From: a virus | Lineage: Duplodnaviria > Heunggongvirae > Uroviricota > Caudoviricetes | Length of the DNA stretch: 64,000 bases | Virus record (IMG/VR): IMGVR_UViG_3300044630_003672 | Reading direction: 5' to 3' (one strand) | Notes under the pieces: generated by a model | Databases searched by the model: none | Told to the model about the DNA's origin: nothing | What the model saw: the letters and a program-made list of their open reading frames with translations, nothing else | Translations under genes and position numbers: made by a program | In this document: positions 25,758 through 35,638 of the stretch, one piece after another | Layout of the letters: each line of letters begins with the position of its first letter | How positions within the stretch are numbered: position 1 is the first letter of the stretch

Positions 25758-26181
25758 AATATTATACACCGGTGGAACATTTGACATATTACATTATGGC
25801 CACATGAACTTTCTTAAACAATGTTCTAAAATAGCTGATAAAGTAATAGTATCACTAAACACAGATGAGTTTATTGAATACTATAAAGGTAAACCACCAA
25901 TTATGACTTACGAAGAACGAAAGAAGTCTTTGGAGTTTTGTAAGTTTGTTGATGAGGTTATTCCTAACATCGGGGGTGCAGATAGTAAACCATCAATATT
26001 ACAAGTTAAACCTGATATCATAGCAATTGGTGATGATTGGGCAAAGAAAGATTATTATACACAAATGCAATTCACACAGGATTGGCTGGATGAAAATGAT
26101 ATTGTATTAGTTTACCTATCATACACCAGAGGAATCAGTACAACCGAAATTAAAAAAAGAATAACAAATGGCACAATATAA
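25750..26181 (+). CDS. cytidylyltransferase-family nucleotidyltransferase (TagD / RfaE-domain-II-like)
   Basis: N-terminal 'YTGGTFDILHYGHMNFL', the (H/T)xGH nucleotidyltransferase motif. Confidence 0.8.
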   Translation: MSKILYTGGTFDILHYGHMNFLKQCSKIADKVIVSLNTDEFIEYYKGKPPIMTYEERKKSLEFCKFVDEVIPNIGGADSKPSILQVKPDIIAIGDDWAKKDYYTQMQFTQDWLDENDIVLVYLSYTRGISTTEIKKRITNGTI

Positions 26182-26980
26182 CGAAACATTAAATTACATT
26201 AATAAGTTTACATATACTAGACCAAAGATAGGATTGGTATTGGGTTCAGGATTAGGTGATGTGGCTAACGATATAGATATTACAGCTACAATACCATATA
26301 AAGATATTCCGGGTTTTATCACACCAACGATTGAAGGGCATAGTGGTAATTTAATATTTGGTACACTTGATGGAGTACCGGTAGTAGCACTTCAGGGTAG
26401 AAATCATTATTACGAAGGATATACAATGCAAGAAATTACATACCCAATACGAATACTGAAAATGTTAGGTATCGAAAGATTGATAACATCCAACGCAACG
26501 GGTGGTATGAATCCTAACTTTGAAATTGGTGATGTGATGTTTGTAAATGACCATATTAATCTAATGGGTGATAATCCATTGTTAGGTCCAAATGATGATT
26601 CAATGGGACCTCGTTTTTTAGATGTTAGTGCGGCATATGATAAGGAAATGATTGAAGTAGCGAAACAATGTGAAGTTGATATTAGAACGCATGAAGGAGT
26701 ATTGATAGCAGTATCCGGTCCAAACTATGAAACGCCAGCAGAGTATAGATATATGAGTATAATAGGTGGAGATGCAGTTGGGATGTCAACTATACCTGAA
26801 GTATTAGTTGCTAGACATATGGGGGTTAAAGTATTCTCAATGTCTTTGATTACTGATTTAGGAGTTGCAGGTAAGATAGTAGAAATAACGCACGAAGAAG
26901 TGCAAAGAGTAGCAAATGAAAGTGCAGATAAAATGAGTTTAATAGTAAAACACATAGTATCTCACTTTGGTAAAAAATAA
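26168..26980 (+). CDS. purine nucleoside phosphorylase (PunA/XapA type)
   Basis: 'GSGLGDVA', 'IPGFITPTIEGHSGNLIFG', 'LQGRNHYYEGY', 'GPNYETPAEYRYMSIIGGDAVGMSTIPEVLVARHMG': a full-length PNP. Confidence 0.9.
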   Translation: MAQYNETLNYINKFTYTRPKIGLVLGSGLGDVANDIDITATIPYKDIPGFITPTIEGHSGNLIFGTLDGVPVVALQGRNHYYEGYTMQEITYPIRILKMLGIERLITSNATGGMNPNFEIGDVMFVNDHINLMGDNPLLGPNDDSMGPRFLDVSAAYDKEMIEVAKQCEVDIRTHEGVLIAVSGPNYETPAEYRYMSIIGGDAVGMSTIPEVLVARHMGVKVFSMSLITDLGVAGKIVEITHEEVQRVANESADKMSLIVKHIVSHFGKK

Positions 26981-26985
26981 AATAT

Positions 26986-27441
26986 ATGAAGTACAAAAAA
27001 TTGTATGGTAAAGAAGAATTTGAACTTATCCCTTATGTTAAAAATTATTTGGAAAACAATGATGGAATTGAAATTCTTATTGGATGCGATTCCCAAAACT
27101 TTGCAGATAAAACAATATATGCGGTTGTTGTGGCTTTGTACACTACCGGAAAAGGTGCGCATGTACTTTATAGAAGATGGAAAGCAGATAGAGAGTTTAC
27201 TCGTTCAGTTAGATTATTGAATGAAGTTTGGTATGCAATTGAAACTGCGGAATTTTTAAAAGAAGCTGGTATTCCAAAACCAAAATGGATTGATATTGAT
27301 TTAAATCCAGACCCACGCTTTAAATCAAATGAAGTGTTTAGACAAGCGGTTGGTTTAGTAGAAGGTATGGGATATGAAGTTAGATATAAAACATTAGGTC
27401 CAATTGCAACTTATGCGGCTGACCATTTAGTTAAAATATAA
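26986..27441 (+). CDS. hypothetical protein (DUF458/YkuK-like 'IGCDSQ' motif)
   Basis: 151-aa ORF with the motif 'EILIGCDSQ'. Confidence 0.4.
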   Translation: MKYKKLYGKEEFELIPYVKNYLENNDGIEILIGCDSQNFADKTIYAVVVALYTTGKGAHVLYRRWKADREFTRSVRLLNEVWYAIETAEFLKEAGIPKPKWIDIDLNPDPRFKSNEVFRQAVGLVEGMGYEVRYKTLGPIATYAADHLVKI

Positions 27442-27442
27442 T

Positions 27443-28168
27443 ATGAAAGTAGCAATTGTATTAACAGGACATTGTAGAGATTTTGAATTAGTATTTGCTA
27501 ATTTAGAAGAACATTTATTTAAAAAATATAATGCAGATGTTTATTTTAATACTTGGGATGTCAATCAACATTCTATCAATAGTGTTGGTAAGTTTAATTT
27601 AGCATATCATCCAGTTGATAAAGATAGTTTAATATCAAAATTAAAACCATATCTTAAAAATTATAACTTTGAATCTTGGGAAAATTATGAAAAAAATAGA
27701 TTCCCTAATATTTCATTTTTAGATAGAGATGATGATGTGTTTAAAGTAAATCCAAGAGCAATATATCATGGAACTTATTATGTTGAAAGAATAAGAGACC
27801 AATGGTGGATGGTTAAGCGTGCTTGGGATTTAATAGAAAATCCACATCAGTACGATGTTATAATGAGAGTAAGATTTGACATGTTATTCCATCAGATTGA
27901 ACTCAAAAAAGCTAAATTCGTAGTTCCAAAAAGTAACATTGAATTCTATAAAATAGAAACACATTGGAGCGATTATTTTGCGTATGGTGAACCCGATGCG
28001 ATGTACAAATATTTTCATATGTTTGATTCAATAGAAAATATGTATGTTGATTATAATATAGATATTACACATGCAGAACAAATGCATGAGTGGTATATGA
28101 AAGAGTATGGTGACAAAGTGCAATCTTTTATTGATTGGGAAATTTTATATGAAAAGGTTAAAAAATAA
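27443..28168 (+). CDS. hypothetical protein
   Basis: 241-aa ORF, translationally coupled. Confidence 0.5.
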   Translation: MKVAIVLTGHCRDFELVFANLEEHLFKKYNADVYFNTWDVNQHSINSVGKFNLAYHPVDKDSLISKLKPYLKNYNFESWENYEKNRFPNISFLDRDDDVFKVNPRAIYHGTYYVERIRDQWWMVKRAWDLIENPHQYDVIMRVRFDMLFHQIELKKAKFVVPKSNIEFYKIETHWSDYFAYGEPDAMYKYFHMFDSIENMYVDYNIDITHAEQMHEWYMKEYGDKVQSFIDWEILYEKVKK

Positions 28169-28171
28169 AAT

Positions 28172-28888
28172 ATGATAAATGATTTAACAATTATAATACA
28201 AGGAAGATGTGAAGATGAGCCATTGAAAATGTGGATTGAAAATTATTCAAATCATAAAGTTATCATATCAACTTGGAATGATTATACTATACCATTTGAA
28301 ATACCATCAAATTGGAAAGTGGTAAAAGCAGATGGAGTTGATTTTGAATTCGCCGGACAGGGACATATGCAAAACTTAGAATATCAATTGGTATCAACTT
28401 TAAATGGATTGAATTTAACTGAAACAAAATATGCTATTAAAGTTAGAGGTGATGAATACTGGACCGATATTGATAAGATGTTCCATTCATTAAAGTCAGA
28501 TGAAAAACTATTATGTAGTTCTATGTTTTTTAGACCATTGAATTGTCCATATCCATTTCACATAGGAGACCATATAATATGTGGTACTGTTGAGAATATG
28601 AAAATCATGTTTAATAAAACAAAAGACAATCTAATTAACAATTTAAGGAATAATAATACACCTGAATCAAGTCTTGGTATGGCATATGTTCAACAAAAAG
28701 AAAACTATTCAATTGAAAAAATGTTTGATATATGTAACACTATATCTTGGGATAGTTATATGAAAAAATGGTTTGACATATTTGATATTAATGAACTTAA
28801 ACCATACATAGCAACTCAAAAAGACAGAGGTATTCGGGTTCATTATAGAAGTAATTTCAAAAATACAGGATGTATAACTGAATTTTAA
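28172..28888 (+). CDS. hypothetical protein
   Basis: 238-aa ORF. Confidence 0.5.
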   Translation: MINDLTIIIQGRCEDEPLKMWIENYSNHKVIISTWNDYTIPFEIPSNWKVVKADGVDFEFAGQGHMQNLEYQLVSTLNGLNLTETKYAIKVRGDEYWTDIDKMFHSLKSDEKLLCSSMFFRPLNCPYPFHIGDHIICGTVENMKIMFNKTKDNLINNLRNNNTPESSLGMAYVQQKENYSIEKMFDICNTISWDSYMKKWFDIFDINELKPYIATQKDRGIRVHYRSNFKNTGCITEF

Positions 28889-28899
28889 ACAAATGATAT

Positions 28900-29109
28900 A
28901 TGCCAGAAAATGAAACAAAAATTAATGATGGACACTATTTAGAATTGATGGACAGATTGCATGTTATAATGTGTACCCTAAATGACCATTGTGTAGAACA
29001 TCCATTAACGGAAACTGATAGTGAACTTAAATTTCAATTGGAATACGCATTAGGAAGATTATGGGATGTATATCAATATGTTGGTAATATGGAAGAAACT
29101 AAAAAATAA
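28900..29109 (+). CDS. hypothetical protein
   Basis: 69-aa ORF. Confidence 0.4.
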   Translation: MPENETKINDGHYLELMDRLHVIMCTLNDHCVEHPLTETDSELKFQLEYALGRLWDVYQYVGNMEETKK

Positions 29110-29114
29110 AATAT

Positions 29115-30650
29115 ATGAAAATTGTTATAGTAGGTGGGGGAACAGCGGGTTGGTTGACTGCGGCATTCTTTGCAAATCAAAACCAATTATACAAACAGGA
29201 TAGATTAGAGCAAATAGATATTACTGTAATTGAAAGTTCCGATATACCAATTATCGGGGCCGGAGAAGGAACTACTGCGTTAATGCAACAAATGGTAGCT
29301 ACTCGTTTTTCTGCTTTGAAAAAAACTGAATTTAACTTTTTTAAAGGGTCACGTGCAGTGCCAAAATACGGAATACGTTTTAAAGATTGGAATGGGGTTG
29401 GTACTGAATTTTTAAGTCCCATACAACCGTCTGAAACCGCGGGATATAACGTAGATAGTGAATTTCTTGCTTCCTGTATGCAGGGTAATTTTTATGATTC
29501 ATCCATAGCGGGACATTTTATGTCCAGAGGAATATCGGATTATCACATTAACGGTAAAGAAAATATGGGTATACATGGTTATCACTTTGATGCCCATAAA
29601 GTTGGTGAATATTTTAAAAGTGTTTGTATAGAAAACGGTGTAAAACACATAGATGCTAAAGTTGATGATGTTAATATAAATCCAATAACAGGTGAATGTG
29701 ATAGCGTAAAATTGGAAGGTAACTTAATTCCGTTAGAGGCAGACTTTTGGATAGATTGTACTGGATTTCATAAGAAGTTAATTAATAAAATGGGTGCAAA
29801 ATGGATAAGTTATTCAAATGAACTTCCCGTAAATTCCGCATTACCTTATATACATCAATACGAAAAAGGACCGGAAGAAGCTAAATTAGAAACTTTGGCT
29901 TGGTCAATGCCGAATGGTTGGATGTGGCAAATACCAACGCAAGAAAGATATGGATGTGGTTATGTATATTGCGATAAATTTGTAAGTGATGATAAGGCGC
30001 TTGAAGAATTGGAAAAAACAACTGGTAGGAAAATACAACCGATAAGAAAATTAAGTTTTGATCCAGGTAGATTAGATAAATTTTGGATTAAAAATGTTGT
30101 AGCGATAGGATTATCATCTTCATTTTTAGAACCACTTCAAGCTACGTCAATTCATACAACGTTATTACAAGTTGATACGTTATTCAGTAATTTCTTTTCT
30201 TTAAATAAAAAAGAATTTTTTTTAGAACAAAATTTAAAACGATACAATGAGGTTATGGGAACTCTGGTAGATGAGTATAAAGACCTAATACGAATCCATT
30301 ACTATAATAAACGAAATGATTCAGAATTTTGGAAGTTTTGTAATAACGAATTACCAATGAGTGATTTTGTAAAAAATATCATAGAAATTTGTAAATATAG
30401 AAGTCCTTCTACATTTGATTTTTCCAGTTACAATGGTTCATCTGGTTGGGGTGTTTGGTGTTGGACATTGTACGGATTGGAAACTCTATCTAAACCCGCA
30501 GTATTTAATACATTAAAAAAATATTCTCTTATACATTATACAAAACAACTACACACTAAAATTATAAGACGTGCGGATGAAGGAGCTAAGTTATTACAAA
30601 CACAGGAACAATTTATAAAGAATTTAATGTCAGGAAAATTTTATAGTTAA
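29115..30650 (+). CDS. flavin-dependent halogenase (tryptophan halogenase family)
   Basis: N-terminal FAD motif 'MKIVIVGGGTAGWLTAAFF'. Halogenase-specific 'GWMWQIP' (WxWxIP) and 'FWIDCTGF'. Length 511 aa, typical of PrnA/RebH/VirX1-type enzymes. Confidence 0.85.
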   Translation: MKIVIVGGGTAGWLTAAFFANQNQLYKQDRLEQIDITVIESSDIPIIGAGEGTTALMQQMVATRFSALKKTEFNFFKGSRAVPKYGIRFKDWNGVGTEFLSPIQPSETAGYNVDSEFLASCMQGNFYDSSIAGHFMSRGISDYHINGKENMGIHGYHFDAHKVGEYFKSVCIENGVKHIDAKVDDVNINPITGECDSVKLEGNLIPLEADFWIDCTGFHKKLINKMGAKWISYSNELPVNSALPYIHQYEKGPEEAKLETLAWSMPNGWMWQIPTQERYGCGYVYCDKFVSDDKALEELEKTTGRKIQPIRKLSFDPGRLDKFWIKNVVAIGLSSSFLEPLQATSIHTTLLQVDTLFSNFFSLNKKEFFLEQNLKRYNEVMGTLVDEYKDLIRIHYYNKRNDSEFWKFCNNELPMSDFVKNIIEICKYRSPSTFDFSSYNGSSGWGVWCWTLYGLETLSKPAVFNTLKKYSLIHYTKQLHTKIIRRADEGAKLLQTQEQFIKNLMSGKFYS

Positions 30651-31081
30651 TGAATACAAATATACAAAAGGTTATAGACCATTTAGAAATGAATGTGAAA
30701 AGCAAAATTGCACCATCACCAATTCACGGGATAGGTGTATTTGCAATTAAAGATATAAAAAAAGGAGAGCAAGTATTTCCACAATGGGATGGAGAAACGG
30801 GTGTGTATATGCTTCCCAAAGATAAATTAAAAAATTTACCAGAAGGGGTACAAGACCTTTTGGATATGTATTTTATAAACGAAGATTGTGGTTATAAATT
30901 ATTTAGATTGTTTAAAGGGATAAATTTCATTTGTCATTCGGTATCGTATTGTAATTCGGCATATCCAAATGAAGAAAATATTAATATAACAACAGATGGA
31001 GTTGCAACTAGGGATATAATAGCAGGTGAAGAAATATTAGAATGGTACACTGCCAATTTAGATTTGGAAAATTCAAAATAG
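30650..31081 (+). CDS. SET-domain-like protein (putative methyltransferase)
   Basis: 'IHGIGVFAIKDIKKGEQVF' (GxG region), 'ICHSVSYCNSAYPN' (NHSC-like) and 'GEEILEWY' (ELxxDY-like). The stop of the halogenase overlaps the start. Confidence 0.45.
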   Translation: MNTNIQKVIDHLEMNVKSKIAPSPIHGIGVFAIKDIKKGEQVFPQWDGETGVYMLPKDKLKNLPEGVQDLLDMYFINEDCGYKLFRLFKGINFICHSVSYCNSAYPNEENINITTDGVATRDIIAGEEILEWYTANLDLENSK

Positions 31082-31117
31082 AACTATATATTTATATAAA
31101 CAATAAATATTAATACT

Positions 31118-31444
31118 ATGGGAGAACATCACGTAACATTACAAATTGGAGAAGATAATTTAGTAACAGGAATTAATCCTGCATTTACTACAATTAAAGA
31201 TGACGTTCAATATGATAATTGTGTAATTTGTGGAAAGAAAACACAATATAAAACAAGCACACATATTGATATAAGAACTGGATATGTAGAAGGAGTTGGA
31301 CAACTTTGTGGTATTTGTTATACCAAAGGAAGTTCAGCGGGTAGAGAACTTATTTCAATACCTAAATACCTAGTTGAACAATATCCTAATGATATGGAAT
31401 TGGGTGGAGCTGTAAGGCAATATTATTGGGAAAATTATGGATAA
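31118..31444 (+). CDS. hypothetical Cys-containing protein
   Basis: 'CVICGKK...CGICY'. Confidence 0.45.
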   Translation: MGEHHVTLQIGEDNLVTGINPAFTTIKDDVQYDNCVICGKKTQYKTSTHIDIRTGYVEGVGQLCGICYTKGSSAGRELISIPKYLVEQYPNDMELGGAVRQYYWENYG

Positions 31445-31445
31445 T

Positions 31446-31546
31446 TCATAACTCATTGATTTTCAACACATTCATAACTCATTGATTTTCAATGGGTTAT
31501 TTTTTGCCCAAAAATTCTTGATTGAGAATCAATTAGTTACGCTTTT
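31446..31546 (+). repeat. Intergenic repeat block: 2x 'TTCATAACTCATTGATTTTCAA', then the conserved 37-bp element 'AAAAATTCTTGATTGAGAATCAATTAGTTACGCTTTT'
   Basis: The 37-bp element recurs at 35575 and 63035. It contains TTGAnnnTCAA palindromes. Confidence 0.7.
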
Positions 31547-31571
31547 AGGGGTAAAAATAGTCCCTTAAATA

Positions 31572-31605
31572 TTTGGTAGATTGGTAACTATTTTGTAGTT
31601 TTAGG
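31572..31605 (+). promoter_or_regulatory. Class-2 promoter (TTTGGTAG -33 / TAGTTTTA -7) within a conserved roughly 75-bp leader
   Basis: 'CCCTTAAATATTTGGTAG-N19-TAGTTTTAGG'. Same architecture at 35639 and 40284. Confidence 0.55.
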
Positions 31606-31624
31606 TATAATAAAGATTGAAAAT

Positions 31625-31879
31625 ATGAGTAGTTTTGAAACAAATTTAGGTATTATAGTGGGTTCACATTTGAACGATGCTATGATTGAAGTAAGTATTA
31701 ACCCGCAATTAGCTAAACGAAGATTGAAGTTTGTTAAAGCAATAACATTCTTTAATGAAGATTTGACTAAAGGTGTAACCGATGACTATTGTGATTGGTT
31801 ATGGAATGAATTATTTGAATATCAAAGATGGGGTGGTCCTTATGTTAAAGGTACAATTTACTTAATTGATAATAAATAA
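31625..31879 (+). CDS. hypothetical protein
   Basis: 84 aa. Confidence 0.4.
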   Translation: MSSFETNLGIIVGSHLNDAMIEVSINPQLAKRRLKFVKAITFFNEDLTKGVTDDYCDWLWNELFEYQRWGGPYVKGTIYLIDNK

Positions 31880-31885
31880 TAAAAT

Positions 31886-32164
31886 ATGAATAAGCTAGTT
31901 TTTAAAGTTAATGAGAAGGCTTGTGTAGCTTTCCTTAAAAAGTATCCTTTGGTATGTAACCTTATGGAAAATTCGGATGGTAAAGATTTGATGTCCGGTT
32001 ATAAGAAGTTCTTAAAGTTAAAGGATATGAACGAATCAAAGTTAGGCGGTAGACCTGAATGTATCGGTTCAGTATCATTTGGTACAAAAACATTCTATAA
32101 GTACGATTGGGATGCTTGTAGTGGTTGGGCTGAATTATTTCAATATTATAAAAGTAAAAAATAA
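31886..32164 (+). CDS. hypothetical protein
   Basis: 92 aa. Confidence 0.45.
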   Translation: MNKLVFKVNEKACVAFLKKYPLVCNLMENSDGKDLMSGYKKFLKLKDMNESKLGGRPECIGSVSFGTKTFYKYDWDACSGWAELFQYYKSKK

Positions 32165-32168
32165 GAAT

Positions 32169-32900
32169 ATGAATTTAAGTATTAAAGAGATTAACGAACT
32201 CATTTATTCGTTGGGTATTACCTACCATAATGGTAACTTTGTTAATAAAGAAGTTAATGAATCTTTGTTAGAAAAATTATATGGTGAATTGAATTCTAAA
32301 ATAGCCGAAGAAGCTATTGATGAAGAAGTTAGTGAATCAGATTGGTTTGATGAACCAACTCAATCACAATTGGATGCTATTCAAAGATGGCTTAAAAATG
32401 GTGATGATTATGAAGATTGGGATTGGGATGGAAAGACCTTAACTATATACAACTGTAATGGTGGTATTGAAAAATATACCTATCAGGACCTTTTAGATGT
32501 GAATGTGTTTGATAATACGAATTCACATTTTGTAAGTAACGAAGAAGCCGATGAAGATTATCGTTCAACGTTGCAACAAGATTCAGATAGATATGAATCA
32601 TCGGTTAGTAAAGATTACGATAACCACTTAAAAAATATAAGAGAACGTGGATATATTACACAAGCTCTTTTAGATTATGTGGATAGGAAAGGTGCAGTAT
32701 CGCATGGTGAATTGGAAACATACTACAAACAACTTACCGGTTCTAATAGTTTCTCACACATTTTACAATCATTGAGAACTCCTTATAAGAATCGTAAAAC
32801 ACAAAGATATATAGCTAAAGAAGGTAAAAGATATACCGATGCTAAATATATCATTAAGGTAGCGAATCCATCAAATTGGGTAGTAGTTGAAATTGATTAA
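32169..32900 (+). CDS. hypothetical acidic protein
   Basis: Start moved to Met31 (MNLSIKEINE) to avoid overlapping the upstream gene. Confidence 0.5.
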   Translation: MNLSIKEINELIYSLGITYHNGNFVNKEVNESLLEKLYGELNSKIAEEAIDEEVSESDWFDEPTQSQLDAIQRWLKNGDDYEDWDWDGKTLTIYNCNGGIEKYTYQDLLDVNVFDNTNSHFVSNEEADEDYRSTLQQDSDRYESSVSKDYDNHLKNIRERGYITQALLDYVDRKGAVSHGELETYYKQLTGSNSFSHILQSLRTPYKNRKTQRYIAKEGKRYTDAKYIIKVANPSNWVVVEID

Positions 32901-32941
32901 TTAAAACAATAAAAATAGTAATAAATAAAAACGATAAAGAT

Positions 32942-33154
32942 ATGAATGTTACAAAAATAAGTAGTTTGACCGGTAAAGAAAATACATTAAACATTGATGT
33001 TACGCCGGAGCAATTGCTTAGAATTGAAAGTAGACGGAATACTTCTGAATTAATTCAGAATATTGTTCCCAACTTATCTATGGAAGATAGAGAGTTTCTT
33101 ATGACGGGAATTACACACGAGGAATGGATTAGAATGTTTGGAGAAATTGATTAA
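32942..33154 (+). CDS. hypothetical protein
   Basis: 70 aa. Confidence 0.4.
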   Translation: MNVTKISSLTGKENTLNIDVTPEQLLRIESRRNTSELIQNIVPNLSMEDREFLMTGITHEEWIRMFGEID

Positions 33155-33176
33155 TTAAAACAATAAAAATAAAGTT

Positions 33177-33440
33177 ATGGATATTAGAGAACAATGTAGA
33201 GAGCGAGCTACTCAATTCGCTATTGATTATGGGTTCACAAATGTAAGTGAACATATTTTGGATGTTATGGTTTCTATTATGTGTACACGTGATAAGAGTT
33301 CCTACGCCGGTGGCGGGTTTGTACAGGCCGTAGTTGATAACAACTTGTACCTTGCTATGAGTAGAGCAGATGTCGATTGTAGAAACAACATTTATTTATT
33401 AACAATGTGTAAAGCTAATTGCTTTGTTGGTGGGTTTTAA
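33177..33440 (+). CDS. hypothetical protein
   Basis: 87 aa. Confidence 0.4.
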   Translation: MDIREQCRERATQFAIDYGFTNVSEHILDVMVSIMCTRDKSSYAGGGFVQAVVDNNLYLAMSRADVDCRNNIYLLTMCKANCFVGGF

Positions 33441-33458
33441 AAATTAAAAATAAAAATT

Positions 33459-33728
33459 ATGAGTAACGAAAAATTTAATTTCTACATTGATAAGAAAATA
33501 ACAATGTGGGTAAGGGAACATCACACAATTGAATGTGAGACATTGGATGAAGCTAAAACTAAAATGATTGAGTGTTTCAAAAATGATAATTTTGATAATA
33601 CCTATGAAGATAGTGAAAGTTTATATGGTACTGAAACCGATATGGAACCCGGTGATAATGGTGGCGAATCAACTGCTGAATTATTTTATAGTGATACCGA
33701 TGAATTATTAACAACAAACATATCATAA
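33459..33728 (+). CDS. hypothetical acidic protein
   Basis: 89 aa. Confidence 0.4.
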   Translation: MSNEKFNFYIDKKITMWVREHHTIECETLDEAKTKMIECFKNDNFDNTYEDSESLYGTETDMEPGDNGGESTAELFYSDTDELLTTNIS

Positions 33729-33729
33729 A

Positions 33730-33945
33730 ATGAAAGCATTAGAAGCATTTTTAATTGTAGTAGGATTGCTGTTATTATCAGCAATCATTTTGGCATTTCC
33801 AACAATGTGGTTATGGAATTGGTTGATGCCTAATATATTTGGTGTAACGCAAATTACATTATATCAAGCTATGGGTATAAACTTTTTGGCAAATATTCTT
33901 TTCAAATCAAATGTAACTATTAAAAGAGAAAACAATGACAAATAG
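33730..33945 (+). CDS. small membrane protein
   Basis: Two TM segments. Confidence 0.4.
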   Translation: MKALEAFLIVVGLLLLSAIILAFPTMWLWNWLMPNIFGVTQITLYQAMGINFLANILFKSNVTIKRENNDK

Positions 33946-34111
33946 TATTACAATAGATGAACAAATGGATATTGAATTGATATTAGAAGAAGCATCTGCA
34001 TATGGATTGAGAGTAGAAGTTGAGGAATACGCACAAAGATATATTAGTGAAGGTTTTACACCCGTAGAGGCATACCAACATGCATATTATGAATGGATTA
34101 AATAATAAATT

Positions 34112-34426
34112 ATGTTAATAGAAAATTGGAATAAAATTTATGGTGAACATCTTTATACTAACAATGTAATGTATGAAGTTTGTAAAGATACTATGACAGT
34201 TGCACCACAATCACATACATTAAGACTGAATCCTGTTAGTGGTGGTAATCAGGATAATAAAGCATTTACTATTGTTATTACGATGTTGGATAAACGTATT
34301 GCATGCGGTGTCTATATAGATAACCAATGGAATCCAATTGAGATATTTGATATGTCTAAATTAGACCTAAAAAGAATGGATACATTTAAAAAGCTGTTAT
34401 CAGCTAAAATACAAAATTATGAATAA
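34112..34426 (+). CDS. hypothetical protein
   Basis: 104 aa. Confidence 0.45.
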   Translation: MLIENWNKIYGEHLYTNNVMYEVCKDTMTVAPQSHTLRLNPVSGGNQDNKAFTIVITMLDKRIACGVYIDNQWNPIEIFDMSKLDLKRMDTFKKLLSAKIQNYE

Positions 34427-34787
34427 AAAAGAAGTGGAGAGATTGGCTGAATTATATTTTGATAGGACTGTTGAACTTTTGGGTGAAAGTAAATACCATA
34501 CACATACGCCGTATTTAGTTATAGAAAAAACTCCGGAATCGGAAGGTATAGATAACGAATGGCATGGTGAGTATGACCCAGAAGAAAACGAAATTATAAT
34601 CTATTCAAAAAATATAACATCAAAAAGTGATTTGGCAAAAACAATAGTGCACGAATACACACATTATTTACAGGATCCTAGATGGATGACACGCTATTAT
34701 AATATGGGATACAAATACAATAATCACCCATACGAAAAACAGGCATTTATAATGGAAGATTTAAATTGGTATAAAGTATGCAAATAG
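34419..34787 (+). CDS. small HExxH-motif protein (putative metallopeptidase-like), paralogous to 61906
   Basis: 'TIVHEYTHYLQD...NNHPYEKQAFIME' compared with 61906 'TILHEWTHAQQS...NNPYEIQAREN'. Confidence 0.5.
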   Translation: MNKKEVERLAELYFDRTVELLGESKYHTHTPYLVIEKTPESEGIDNEWHGEYDPEENEIIIYSKNITSKSDLAKTIVHEYTHYLQDPRWMTRYYNMGYKYNNHPYEKQAFIMEDLNWYKVCK

Positions 34788-34990
34788 AATTTTTAAACGC
34801 TAACAACTCTTTGTGGATAGTGAAAAGAAAGTTCAAAGCAGATAGTTGGTTTGTGCAAGGTTTATTCTCAAACAAATTCAATGCACAAGAAGTATGTGAA
34901 TACTATTGTGTAGAAAAACTATTGAGAGGACCGGATGATACCCACTATTTAGTAAACGAAGTATCCGAAGCTGAAATAGTAAATGATTAA
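34778..34990 (+). CDS. hypothetical protein
   Basis: 70 aa. Confidence 0.4.
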   Translation: MQIEFLNANNSLWIVKRKFKADSWFVQGLFSNKFNAQEVCEYYCVEKLLRGPDDTHYLVNEVSEAEIVND

Positions 34991-35008
34991 CTTAATATTT
35001 ATACACTT

Positions 35009-35335
35009 ATGAAATATAATCCTGAACAAGAATTAACCGATGAGCAAATGAAGGAATTATCCGAAGATGCTTTCTTTGAATATTTGGATAGTAAATCGGC
35101 ATACCTAAAAGAACAATCAGTACCTTTGGACCAGTATCACGTTAAGAAGTTCGCATCAGTAACTATGGGTGGGAATCTGTCAACAAAGCAATTAAAAAGA
35201 GCAAAAGAAATTGGTAGAGAAGGTGAGATGGTTCGTAATGATAAGTTAAAAGAAGCGGCTAAACATATTACCGCAAAAGTTCCTGAATTAAATGTGAGGG
35301 GACATAAAACACATCGTTCACAGTGGATAGATTAA
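35009..35335 (+). CDS. hypothetical protein
   Basis: 108 aa. Confidence 0.45.
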   Translation: MKYNPEQELTDEQMKELSEDAFFEYLDSKSAYLKEQSVPLDQYHVKKFASVTMGGNLSTKQLKRAKEIGREGEMVRNDKLKEAAKHITAKVPELNVRGHKTHRSQWID

Positions 35336-35352
35336 TTAATAAATTATAACCT

Positions 35353-35520
35353 ATGGGTAAGTTTTATGAGAATTTAGATGACCTAATAAATTTGGTTAAG
35401 AAATTAGAAAAAAAAGATGAAGTTGCTATATTCATTTTAAGAGTAATAGCTTATGCAAAGGAGCACCCGGAATTATCAGTTCATCAGATAATAAAGGACG
35501 TTAAAAAGGAGAGATTCTAA
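35353..35520 (+). CDS. small hypothetical protein (55 aa)
   Basis: Not in the track. Fills a gap before a repeat block. Confidence 0.3.
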   Translation: MGKFYENLDDLINLVKKLEKKDEVAIFILRVIAYAKEHPELSVHQIIKDVKKERF

Positions 35521-35612
35521 CTCGTTGATAATCAATGAGTTATAAATCATTGAAAATCAATCAGTTACGCCCCCTAAAAAATTCTTGATTGAGAATCAAT
35601 TAGTTACGTCTT
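35515..35612 (+). repeat. Intergenic repeat block: AACTCGTTGATAATCAATGAGTT palindrome, CATTGAAAATCAAT palindrome, conserved 37-bp element
   Basis: Near-perfect dyad AACTCGTTGAT-AA-TCAATGAGTT. The 37-bp element is identical to the one at 31510 except for one base. Confidence 0.7.
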
Positions 35613-35638
35613 TACCCCTAAAAATAACCCCTAAAATA

